Part shown: positions 19,638-28,165 of the stretch, piece by piece
How positions within the stretch are numbered: the first letter of the stretch is position 1
Layout: every line of letters begins with the position of its first letter
The notes under the pieces: model-generated
Database searches by the model: none
What the model was told of the DNA's origin: nothing
The model's input: only the letters and a program-made list of their open reading frames with translations
Made by a program: the position numbers and the translations under genes
Origin: Meiothermus sp.
Lineage (GTDB): Bacteria; Deinococcota; Deinococci; Deinococcales; Thermaceae
Direction: 5' to 3'
DNA: 54,099 nucleotides
Assembly: GCA_033762915.1 (NCBI GenBank)
Contig: JANRLD010000100.1
Location: forward strand, 1 to 54,099

Positions 19638-19833
19638 GCTCACTGGATTGTACCCAATTGAACGTCCAATCCGACACCAAACAACCCAAAACCCGGGTTA
19701 CGCCCGGGTGTCCGATTCCATGCCGGCAAACCCCTTCCCGGTAATTTTACACGTGCCCAGCGTTACTCGCCCATAACGCACGGCGTTGCCTGAAGCGGGA
19801 TTTAACACACGGCAGGCCCGAGTATAAGGGGCC

Positions 19834-20061
19834 TTAACCCGCGCCCAGCTCGCGCAGCAGCACCTCGAGCAACTGCGGCGCGGGCAGATAGCGGAACTTG
19901 GTGGAGAGCCGGGCGTCGTACTCCTGGATCAGCACCCGCTGGGGCCGGTGCCCCTTGAGGTGCCTGGCATGCTTGCGGATAGCGCTCTCGAGGCGCTCCC
20001 CAGTGGCGGGGGTGAGGGAGTGCCGGCGGTCGTTCTCGAGTTCGATGACGAGTCGTTTCAT
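19834..20061 (-). CDS. Small basic hypothetical protein (75 aa)
   Basis: ATG start MKRLVIELENDRRH, genome-typical codon usage, downstream of 20146..20436 on the same strand. Confidence 0.65.
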   Translation of the reverse strand: MKRLVIELENDRRHSLTPATGERLESAIRKHARHLKGHRPQRVLIQEYDARLSTKFRYLPAPQLLEVLLRELGAG

Positions 20062-20145
20062 AGGCGCAAATCGGGGCAGGGTGGCTAGGGGCGCACCGGC
20101 GAACGGCACGAGTTGAGGTCGCGGGTCGGATCTTCCCTCTCGCCT

Positions 20146-20436
20146 TCAGAAGGGCAGCGGCTCTGATTCGTCGGCGGGCAAAATGGCGGCGTGGAGTCTG
20201 CGGTCGAGTTCGCGTTGGAGGGCCAGATAGGTCCGGCGGGCCACCTCGGCCTCCTCGCCCTCGAGGCCCTCCCCCATCAGGAGCCCCACCATCGCCTTGT
20301 AGGCCACGCCAAGTTCGACCGAGCTGGCGTGTTGGAGGAAGAACGCAATGGCCGGGGGACACTCCTCCGACAGGTGCGTGAGCGCCACGGCCAGTTCGGG
20401 CGTTTGGGTCTGGGTCTGGGTCTTGGCTCGAGGCAT
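20146..20436 (-). CDS. Small hypothetical protein with an SSB-like acidic C-terminal tail (DESEPLPF)
   Basis: SD ggag, own promoter TTGTCA-17-TAATAT, helical content, acidic-PF terminus. Confidence 0.75.
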   Translation of the reverse strand: MPRAKTQTQTQTPELAVALTHLSEECPPAIAFFLQHASSVELGVAYKAMVGLLMGEGLEGEEAEVARRTYLALQRELDRRLHAAILPADESEPLPF

Positions 20437-20463
20437 GAGGCACTCCGTTATGTCCGGGGCAAA

Positions 20464-20480
20464 TTATGTAAATGACATAT
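20464..20480. promoter_or_regulatory. RDRM-like (DdrO operator-like) palindrome over the leftward promoter
   Basis: TTATGTAAATGACATAT (17 bp) overlaps -10 TAATAT (20482-20477); -35 TTGTCA at 20505-20500. Confidence 0.65.
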
Positions 20481-20512
20481 TAGCGCTTCGAGGCAGGGTT
20501 GACAAGGTGGTC

Positions 20513-20544
20513 GGCTGGGCGGGCGGCAATCCGCCCGCCCAGCC
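20513..20544. other. Perfect 14-bp GC hairpin between the divergent promoters
   Basis: ggctgggcgggcgg-caat-ccgcccgcccagcc. Confidence 0.7.
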
Positions 20545-20692
20545 TGCACTTTCACCCTTGCACACAAGTTCGTCGAACTCAGCCCGGGCTCAGCTTTCGG
20601 TGCCAAGATGCTACGCCAGGTCAGAGCTTGGGAAACGGCCTCGGCTCGAGGGAAGACCCCACCCCCACCCAACACGCTGGACATCCGGCAAA

Positions 20693-20709
20693 TTATGTTA
20701 TAAACTAAA
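20693..20709. promoter_or_regulatory. RDRM-like palindrome over the rightward promoter
   Basis: TTATGTTATAAACTAAA (17 bp) contains -10 TAAACT (20701-20706); -35 TGGACA at 20678-20683 with a 17-bp spacer. Confidence 0.7.
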
Positions 20710-20806
20710 TAACATCCCAGCAAAACTCTGGGGGCGAGCAGCAAACCTCGAGACCGACCGCAACGCACCCGACCCAAAGCAACCCTGACCCAAACGGAAG
20801 TGAATC

Positions 20807-21238
20807 ATGAGACCCCTCGAGCTACCCCTTCACCCCAAATTTGAGGCCATCCTCGGTTACGGCGGCAGCGCCAACAAAGTGGTGTTCTACCTCGAGCCCG
20901 AAGCCGACAAGCTGTGCTACGCTGACGGCTTCGGCCTGGGCAGCGCCAATACCTGGGCCTACCTGCTCTGGGCCGCCCACCCCTCGGTCAAGCCCCACTA
21001 CCGCAGCGGGATGCTGCTGCTGGACCGACTCGAGCGCAAGCTCTACGTGGTCAACCGCGAGGAAGCCATCGAGGCCCTGAGTGAACCCAGGGAGACCCCA
21101 AGCGAGTCCAACACCTTTGGCCTGCAACTCCACGGCCACCAGCCCCAGGACAGCGCTTCCGCCTTCACCGAGGCCCAACAACTGATGGCCGACTTTGTCA
21201 TCTGGCTCGGCAGCCAGGGGCAGAGGAGGGCAGCTTAG
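20807..21238 (+). CDS. Hypothetical protein (143 aa), first gene of the rightward operon
   Basis: Clean ORF, typical codon usage, ends QRRAA. Confidence 0.8.
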   Translation: MRPLELPLHPKFEAILGYGGSANKVVFYLEPEADKLCYADGFGLGSANTWAYLLWAAHPSVKPHYRSGMLLLDRLERKLYVVNREEAIEALSEPRETPSESNTFGLQLHGHQPQDSASAFTEAQQLMADFVIWLGSQGQRRAA

Positions 21239-21386
21239 GGTGGGGCATCACCACAGCCACGGCTCGAGTCAGGCCCGTCTGCTCCCCGTGGTGCCTCGGC
21301 TCTCCAGCTCTTTCCCGCTGCCGACTGTCCCCGTTCCCTAGCCCATCTACCGACACGCACTCCGTCAGCAAAGGAGCCGACACACC

Positions 21387-22511
21387 ATGATCCAAGGTCT
21401 GCAAATCCGCACCCGCTACGTCCGCATTGGCAAGTTCAAGATTGGGCAGAAGGAGACCGTCACGCGCGGCGGGCGCACCTTCGAGCGCCCGATGGCGCTG
21501 GACTACTTTCGTGTGGTGGACGGCGAGCAACCCGTGCACGAGCTGTACGGCGAGCGGCCCCAGCAGGTGCTGGTCTACCTCCCCGACAACCTCTCCACCG
21601 CCGTCTGGGACAACTTCTACAAGCGCTACGCCCGCAGCGGCCTGATGTGTCGAGGGGACGGGCTGGTGGGTCAGGAGGTGCAGGCCGACGGCACCCTCAA
21701 GCCCAGGGACTGTGCCGAGCGGGGCTGCCCCTTCTCGAGACCCACCGAGCAGAACGGCAAGCCGCAGCCCCCGGCCTGCCGTCCCATCGGCACCCTTAGC
21801 TTCAAGGTGGTGGGGGTGCCCAGCGTAGGGGTGTATCAGATCGATATCAAGGGCATGGGGGCGGTGCAGCGGGCCGACAGCTACCTGCGCCAGCTCCAGC
21901 AGACCGCCCGGGGCGACCTCAGCGGCGTACCCTTCCTGCTCACCGTGACCGTGGGCAAGGGCAAGGACGGCTTTCCCAACAGCCGCATCGAGCTGAGGGA
22001 CGCCCCCGAGACCTTAGTGGCCCTGCGCGACCCCCGCAAGCGGCACACCCCCGGCGCAGCGGTGCAGCGCGTCCAGGGTTTTGTGATCACCTCCGACAGC
22101 GGCGAGGTGATCGCCAGCCCCGAGGTTCCGGTCGAGGAGAACATCGAAATCCGGGCCAAGTTTGCCCTGCTGTTGAACCGCGCCATCGAGCAGAACTTCA
22201 TCCTGGGCGACGCGGTGGAGAAGTACTATCAGGAATTGCGCACCCTCGAGCGCATGACCGAGGAGGAGGCCGATCAGGCCTACGCCCGCCTCGAGAGCTT
22301 TGTGGCCGACCTCGAGGCCACCCGCGACCAGCCCGTCGGCAGGCACGGAGAGGCCGACCGCCGCTACGCGGGCTACGCCTTCAAGTACCTCAAACCGATG
22401 GACTACCAAGCCCTGGGTTTCGAGCAGCCCGGAGAGCCCGGCGAGTTTACCCGAGTCCAGGCGCGCAAGGCCGTGGCGTACCTGTACGAGCAGCGCAAAG
22501 CAGCAGCCTAA
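21387..22511 (+). CDS. Phage Gp3-like / recombination-directionality-factor-like protein
   Basis: RIGKFKIG..LDYF..CRGDG..C-x4-CP..CRPIGTLSF..GVY..GDLSGVPFLL pattern recalled for the Gp3-like family; SD aaggag. Confidence 0.7.
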   Translation: MIQGLQIRTRYVRIGKFKIGQKETVTRGGRTFERPMALDYFRVVDGEQPVHELYGERPQQVLVYLPDNLSTAVWDNFYKRYARSGLMCRGDGLVGQEVQADGTLKPRDCAERGCPFSRPTEQNGKPQPPACRPIGTLSFKVVGVPSVGVYQIDIKGMGAVQRADSYLRQLQQTARGDLSGVPFLLTVTVGKGKDGFPNSRIELRDAPETLVALRDPRKRHTPGAAVQRVQGFVITSDSGEVIASPEVPVEENIEIRAKFALLLNRAIEQNFILGDAVEKYYQELRTLERMTEEEADQAYARLESFVADLEATRDQPVGRHGEADRRYAGYAFKYLKPMDYQALGFEQPGEPGEFTRVQARKAVAYLYEQRKAAA

Positions 22512-22995
22512 GCTGCACGGTGAGCGATGGGTCATCGGCCAGTTTCTTCCGCCGTCAGCCGCTCAGGCTCACCGAAGAATCCCATATCGACTCCCGCCGC
22601 CCACGCGTTGCACCTGGCACGCCCCAAAGACGACCACCGTCAGCACCGTGGGAGCACCCCTTAGGCCTTTGAAGATCCTTCACGACCCCCTGTTTCGCTC
22701 ACGATCCCGACGGTCCTGGCTGTGGCCCATAGCTCATTGCCATTGCTCAGCCCCAGGCAGGCTCCACCCTTCACAACTCTTGCAAAACCGTGTGCTACCA
22801 TCACCTCATCCAAGCAAAGTTCAGCTTGGTTCGAGATACAGACCCTAACGCACACGGCCCAAAGCAACATAGACCACAACGGAGACCTTTACGAACTCGA
22901 GCCACCCAACCCCATACCTCTAGTCCGCATGGTTGCAGCCCTGCTGTAACCCGACCCCTAGACCATCACGCAATCAGCCAACAAAGGAGAACATC

Positions 22996-23748
22996 ATGTC
23001 CACCAATCTTGTCATCGTCAGCGGAACCCTGAGCAAGCACGAACTGCGCTACACCCCCAAGGGCACCCCCCTGCTGGAAGTCTCGCTGGTCGGTAAGCGC
23101 CAGGTCGGCGAGAACCACATCTTCTTCCGCGCCGACCTGACCTACTGGGGCAAACAGGCCGAGGGCTGGGCAGAGGCCCTGCAGGAGGGCGCGGCCTACC
23201 AGGCTACCGGACGCCTCGAGTACGACTCCTGGGAGGTGGACGGCGTCAAGGCCAGCCGCGTCCGCATCATCGGCGACGACCTGCTGCGCCTCGAGCAAGC
23301 CGACGTGCGCCAGGAGGAGAAGGGCCCCATGCTGTATGGCGCGGAGAACCGGGTGATTCTGGTGGGCGGCCTCACCGCCGACCCCGAAGTCCGCCAGACC
23401 CCCCAGAAGACCCCCGTCGCCAAGGCCAACCTGGGCTTCTCGACCTGGGATCGGGAGGTAAAGGTAGAGCGCAGCCACTACCTCGAGCTGGAGGCCTGGC
23501 GCGACCTGGCTGCCCAGTTCGCCGACCTCAAGAAAGGCACCCCGGTGCTGGTGGAGGGCTCGCTCAAGCTCGAGAGCTGGGAGGACAAGTCCACCGGGCT
23601 CAAGCGCTACCGCAGGCTACTGGAAGTGCAGCGTGTGACCAAGCTGACCCGCATCAAGCCGGTCTTCGCCGACGCCGAGGTGGACTTCTCCGAAGACCCC
23701 CTGGCCCCCACCCCGCCCAAGGCGGCCAAGAAGTCCAAAGCAGCCTGA
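22996..23748 (+). CDS. ssb: Single-stranded DNA-binding protein paralog with two OB folds and no acidic tail
   Basis: Two OB repeats (ELRYTPKGTP..GRLEYDSWE; NRVILVGGLTADPEVRQTP..VEGSLKLESWED) as in Deinococcus-Thermus SSBs; SD aaggag before ATG 22996. Confidence 0.9.
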   Translation: MSTNLVIVSGTLSKHELRYTPKGTPLLEVSLVGKRQVGENHIFFRADLTYWGKQAEGWAEALQEGAAYQATGRLEYDSWEVDGVKASRVRIIGDDLLRLEQADVRQEEKGPMLYGAENRVILVGGLTADPEVRQTPQKTPVAKANLGFSTWDREVKVERSHYLELEAWRDLAAQFADLKKGTPVLVEGSLKLESWEDKSTGLKRYRRLLEVQRVTKLTRIKPVFADAEVDFSEDPLAPTPPKAAKKSKAA

Positions 23749-23766
23749 GCCTTGCCCAAATGGAGG

Positions 23767-23793
23767 ACCCCCCGGTGGTGGCGACCGGGGGGT
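23767..23793 (+). terminator. Hairpin after ssb
   Basis: accccccggt-ggtggcg-accggggggt. Confidence 0.65.
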
Positions 23794-24019
23794 TACACAT
23801 GAAGCGTCTGGCATCTCATATATTGCCATATGCTTCTATTCTTGTCAACATTCTGCAGGGCTGGTCAATTTCCTTGCAAAGTGAACATCTTTTTTTTAGT
23901 CATTGCGCAAAAAGTTTGCTTACGATGCGCACAAAGAAGATTGGCTCGAGAGCCGGTCTCCGTTGCGCGTCTGGTCGGTTCCGGGAGAGTCTCGGGCTAG
24001 CCAAACATAGGAATCCAAC

Positions 24020-24049
24020 AAAAACCGCCGAGTTACCGTCGGCGGTTTT
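24020..24049. terminator. Bidirectional terminator
   Basis: aaaaaccgccga-gttaccg-tcggcggtttt. Confidence 0.8.
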
Positions 24050-24064
24050 CAGGCAGCGCAAAAC

Positions 24065-24277
24065 CTAGGCGCGGTCATAAGCGCTGATGGCTTCGTCGGC
24101 GGCCAGGAGGTCGGCGATCCGGCGCAGTTGGCGGGCTGCGTGGCTGCGTGCCTTTGACAGCCACGACTGCTGGGGGTAAGCGGCTTGCAGCGCCCTGGCC
24201 TGGTCGGCCTCGCGCCGGTAGGCGTCGTAGCGCTCCTGCGCGGCCTGCTGAACGGCATGTTGGTGTGAGTAGTGCAT
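24065..24277 (-). CDS. Small helical hypothetical protein (70 aa)
   Basis: SD aagggag before ATG 24277, followed by a terminator; A.ER....RREA..AR pattern. Confidence 0.7.
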   Translation of the reverse strand: MHYSHQHAVQQAAQERYDAYRREADQARALQAAYPQQSWLSKARSHAARQLRRIADLLAADEAISAYDRA

Positions 24278-24680
24278 AACAAACACTCCCTTTGGGTGCA
24301 AGGGGGACTTTGGGATGGCTCGAGCGGTTCCGGGTAAGAAACGCTGAGTTCCAGGACGGGGGTGCCGTCTGGTTAAACCATCAAAGTCGGCGGGGCGGTC
24401 TAGCTTCCGGGCCGAGTCTCAAACCTATTTGTGGGGGGTTATAGGCTCGAGGCGGTGAAGGTTGCAATGACAAAAGAGCAGCCAGTCATCGAACCCAGGG
24501 GGCAGCAGACAAACTTTTCTTTTACCATTCAACTCACCTCCTCGCCATCAAGTGTATAACAAGTTGCATAGTGAATGCAAGTTAATGACCGGCCTTATCA
24601 GAGGTGTGTGCTATTGTCGACGTTGCTGCTTTAGGCGGCGCGGAATCTTACCCTTGACTGCGGAGTAATCAACAGCCTGT

Positions 24681-26108
24681 ATGGACTGGCTACGCACTTT
24701 TCGCACAAACCTACTGCTGGGCCGATTCGCTCACAGTGTGACCCTGTTGGCGGGTAGTACCTTTTTGGGTCAAGGATTCCTGATCTTGGTTTCGCCGATT
24801 TTGACCCGACTCTATACCCCGGAGGCCTTCGGGATTTTTGCAGTCTACTCGGCCATTGTGGGCGTGCTGGGAGTGTTGGCCGGGCTGCGCTACGAGTTGG
24901 CGATTCCATTGGCCGGGAACGACGAGGATGCCCTCGAGTTGCTGCGCCTCGCGCTAGCCATCAACGTCGCGATTAGTTTGCTAGTAGGCCTTGTTCTTTG
25001 GGGCCTGGGGGATTGGGTAGTCGAATGGACCAGAGCGCCTGGGCTAGCTCCTCTACTTTGGTTGATCCCGGTGGGGGTGCTGGGAGTCGGCTTTTATCAG
25101 TCGCTGTCCTACTGGGCGACCCGCAGGCAAGACTTCGGGGCTCTCAGCCGGACACGCCTAAGCCGGTCTGTAGGCCAGGGGGTGCCGCAGCTAGTGTTGG
25201 GTTGGCTGAATGCAGGCGGGGCAGGGCTCATCTGGGGGTTCGTGCTGTCCCAATTGGTTGGCCTGCTCCCGCTACTACGGAACATAAAGCTCTATCCACC
25301 CGACATCTCCACGGTCATTCGGCTGGCCCAACAATATCGCGCTTTTCCCTTGATTAACGCTTGGTCGGCCCTAATCACCAACGCAGGTGCATTCGTGCCT
25401 TTCTTCCTCTTCGCACGCTACTTTCCCCTCGAGACCGTCGGCTGGTTCGCCCTGACCAATCGGGTACTGTCAGTCCCCGCCAATCTGGTAGGGCAGGCCA
25501 TCGCCCAGGTGTTTTACCCCGAGGTCGCCCAGCGCCAGCGCCAAGGGGTGGACGTGGCCCCGTTATTGGAGCGCACCGCGACGGCCCTGCTGGTGCTGGG
25601 AATGCCGGTCTTCGCATTGGTCGGACTCGGGGGAAGCTGGTTGTTCAGCCTGCTCTTCGGAAGTGAGTGGCGATTTGCAGGTCTGTACGCACAGATTCTG
25701 GCCCCTTTTTTTCTGATCTCGTTCGTCAGCTCCCCGCTTAGCAGCTTTGCCCTGGTGCAGGGGCGACAGCTCGAGTCCCTCTGGATCAGCATCTTCAACA
25801 TTCTAGCGGTGGCGCTGGCCGTGGCGGTTGGGGTCTGGCAGGGCAGTGCCACAGTTGCGGTGGCGGTCTTCTCGAGTGTGGAATCTTTGATCTATTTGGC
25901 CTATTTGGCCTGGATCTTCAGCCTCGCGAAGGGCCACCTATGGGCCTGGTTGAGCGGCATGAGGGCCTTCTGGCTGGGGTGGTCGGGGGCATTGCTGGGG
26001 GTCGGTTTTTTGACCCACTACCTGCCGTGGGTTGGTTTAGGATTGGGGGGTGTGACGTTTGGCCTGCTCACGTTTTGGGCCTGGCGACGCTACGTAGGAG
26101 CCATCTGA
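24681..26108 (+). CDS. wzx: Wzx-type oligosaccharide flippase
   Basis: About 12-14 TM segments; SPILTRLYTPEAFG..LRYELAI motif; first gene of the glycan operon. Confidence 0.88.
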   Translation: MDWLRTFRTNLLLGRFAHSVTLLAGSTFLGQGFLILVSPILTRLYTPEAFGIFAVYSAIVGVLGVLAGLRYELAIPLAGNDEDALELLRLALAINVAISLLVGLVLWGLGDWVVEWTRAPGLAPLLWLIPVGVLGVGFYQSLSYWATRRQDFGALSRTRLSRSVGQGVPQLVLGWLNAGGAGLIWGFVLSQLVGLLPLLRNIKLYPPDISTVIRLAQQYRAFPLINAWSALITNAGAFVPFFLFARYFPLETVGWFALTNRVLSVPANLVGQAIAQVFYPEVAQRQRQGVDVAPLLERTATALLVLGMPVFALVGLGGSWLFSLLFGSEWRFAGLYAQILAPFFLISFVSSPLSSFALVQGRQLESLWISIFNILAVALAVAVGVWQGSATVAVAVFSSVESLIYLAYLAWIFSLAKGHLWAWLSGMRAFWLGWSGALLGVGFLTHYLPWVGLGLGGVTFGLLTFWAWRRYVGAI

Positions 26109-26112
26109 GACC

Positions 26113-26985
26113 ATGACCCAGACCGACCAGTGGCTTTCCAAGCTGACGCGCCAACTGACCCCTCGGCTGCGTGGGATGGGCCGGGTGTCGGAGCAATTAC
26201 GCCGCTACTATTCGCGAAAATACCAAGATCACCCCGATCGCAAGCAGGTGATCCGCGACTTCGACGGCGACATCGCCATCACCCTCGACCGCTCTCGCTA
26301 CATCAGCAGCCAGGTCTACTGGTCGGGGTTGTTCGAGCGCGACGTGCTGAGCATCCTCGACCAACTTCTCGAGCCAGAATCGGTGATGCTGGACATCGGG
26401 GCCAACATCGGGGTGATGACCCTGTATGCCGCCAAGCGGGTGCCGCGAGGCCGCGTACTCAGCTTCGAACCCATGCCCGACAATTACGCTGAACTCGAGG
26501 CCAACCGCCGCCTCAACGGATTCGAGCAGGTGCGGACCTTCAACCTCGCGCTGGGCGAGGCCGACGGAGAGGTCGAGATGTTCACCTCGAACGACCTCGA
26601 ACAGCATCACGGCTTCAACGAAGGGCTGTACTCGCTCTATGCCAGCGAGTTCCGCTCGAGCAAAAGCGCTAGGGTCAGGCTGGCCCAACTCGACCACATC
26701 GTGGCCCAAGAGGGGCTGACCCGTGTGGATGTCATCAAGATTGATGTGGAGGGAGCGGAGTTGGGCGTGCTCAAGGGTGGAATCGCCACCCTACGGCGAT
26801 TCCACCCTGCTCTGATCCTGGAGTACAACCCCGAAGCCTACAAGAGCGCCGACTACCAGGCGTCCGACCTATTCGACCTACTCTCGGCTTTGTCTTACCA
26901 ATTCGCTGCACTGGGGCCGCGAGGGGAGCGACTGGAGTTGCCCGTCAATCGCTTTACCCCTGGCTGTAACGTCTACTGCTTCTAA
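26113..26985 (+). CDS. FkbM-family methyltransferase
   Basis: DIGANIG, SFEP, IKIDVEGAELGVLKG. Confidence 0.92.
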   Translation: MTQTDQWLSKLTRQLTPRLRGMGRVSEQLRRYYSRKYQDHPDRKQVIRDFDGDIAITLDRSRYISSQVYWSGLFERDVLSILDQLLEPESVMLDIGANIGVMTLYAAKRVPRGRVLSFEPMPDNYAELEANRRLNGFEQVRTFNLALGEADGEVEMFTSNDLEQHHGFNEGLYSLYASEFRSSKSARVRLAQLDHIVAQEGLTRVDVIKIDVEGAELGVLKGGIATLRRFHPALILEYNPEAYKSADYQASDLFDLLSALSYQFAALGPRGERLELPVNRFTPGCNVYCF

Positions 26986-26989
26986 GACC

Positions 26990-28165
26990 ATGAGGCCCCC
27001 GCACGTCCTACTCCTACCCGCTTGGTACCCGAGTGTGACTTCGCCGCGTAACGGAGCATTCGTGCAAGAGCAGGCCGTTGCACTCCGACAGGCGGGCGCA
27101 ACGGTAGGAGTGCTCTATCCCCACCTCCGCAGCCTACGCACCTTCAGCTTGGCCGGTTTCCGGGACAATCACTTCCAGACCATCATACGCGAAGAGAGCG
27201 GCATCCCTACCGTCCGCAACGAGGGTTGGGGAACCCCGAGGCTTTACGCATGGCAGATGACTACTACAGCCCTCCGTCTATTCAAGCAATACTGTCAACG
27301 CTTTGGCCGTCCCGACATAATTCATGCCCACACCACCCTCTATGCAGGGGTAGCCGCTCAGGCCCTTTGTGAACGTCACGGCCTCCCGTTAGTCATCACT
27401 GAGCACTGGACCGGCTACGAAGAAGGGTTGGCAAGCCCTCGCGAATTGGAACTGACCACATCAACATTAAGGCACGCCAAAGCCGTTTTTTCCGTAAGCG
27501 AACGGTTGAGGCAGACCCTGGCTGCGCGGGTGGGGTTCGCCGATGCCGAGGTGGTGCCTAATCTGGTGGACACCCAGTTCTTTTCCCTAGGCAAGCGTCA
27601 AGCGCCAAGAGGCCGGGTTCGGGTACTGTGTATCGCCCTACTTGCCCCCTTCAAGCGCCTCGAGGTACTCCTGGCGGCAGTGGCCGAACTAGCTCGACAA
27701 GGGTTTGAAGTCGAACTCGAGCTGGGAGGCGACGGGCCAGAGAGACCGCGCCTAGAAAAGCTAGTGGATTCTTTGGGCATACGAACCAGAGTCCGTTTTT
27801 TGGGCCTGTTGAGTCAGTCTCAGGTTCGCGAGGCGATGCACCGGGCCGATGTGTTTGTGCTTAGCAGCGAGGTCGAGACTTTTGGGGTTGTACTTATCGA
27901 GGCTATGTCCACCGGTCTGCCGGTGATATCAACCCGTAGCGGTGGTCCGGAGGAATTTGTGACCCCCGAGGTAGGACGCCTGGTTCCCGCCGGGGATAGC
28001 CAAACTCTGGCCTCGGCCATTGAGGAAGTCGGTACTCATCTAGAGCAGTTCGATCCGGAGGAGATCCGGCGACGGGTGGTGGAACGCTTTAGCGCGCCCG
28101 TTGTGGCCCTAAAGCTAATCAACCGCTACCAGCAAATCTTGCAGAGGTTAGAAGGGGCGGCTTAA
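26990..28165 (+). CDS. Glycosyltransferase family 4
   Basis: DIIHAH, VITEH, ETFGVVLIEAMSTGLPVI (EX7E). Confidence 0.92.
   Translation: MRPPHVLLLPAWYPSVTSPRNGAFVQEQAVALRQAGATVGVLYPHLRSLRTFSLAGFRDNHFQTIIREESGIPTVRNEGWGTPRLYAWQMTTTALRLFKQYCQRFGRPDIIHAHTTLYAGVAAQALCERHGLPLVITEHWTGYEEGLASPRELELTTSTLRHAKAVFSVSERLRQTLAARVGFADAEVVPNLVDTQFFSLGKRQAPRGRVRVLCIALLAPFKRLEVLLAAVAELARQGFEVELELGGDGPERPRLEKLVDSLGIRTRVRFLGLLSQSQVREAMHRADVFVLSSEVETFGVVLIEAMSTGLPVISTRSGGPEEFVTPEVGRLVPAGDSQTLASAIEEVGTHLEQFDPEEIRRRVVERFSAPVVALKLINRYQQILQRLEGAA

Noticed and set aside
20404..20422. Hexamer repeat (TQTQTQ) as a phase-variation switch
   Set aside because: Unit length is a multiple of three and only about three copies, so slippage would not shift the frame
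20146..20436. PprA homolog because of the MPRAK N-terminus
   Set aside because: Far too short and no further similarity visible
19800..24300. Intact prophage or ICE
   Set aside because: No integrase, att repeats, tRNA target, replication or structural genes seen; composition is host-like
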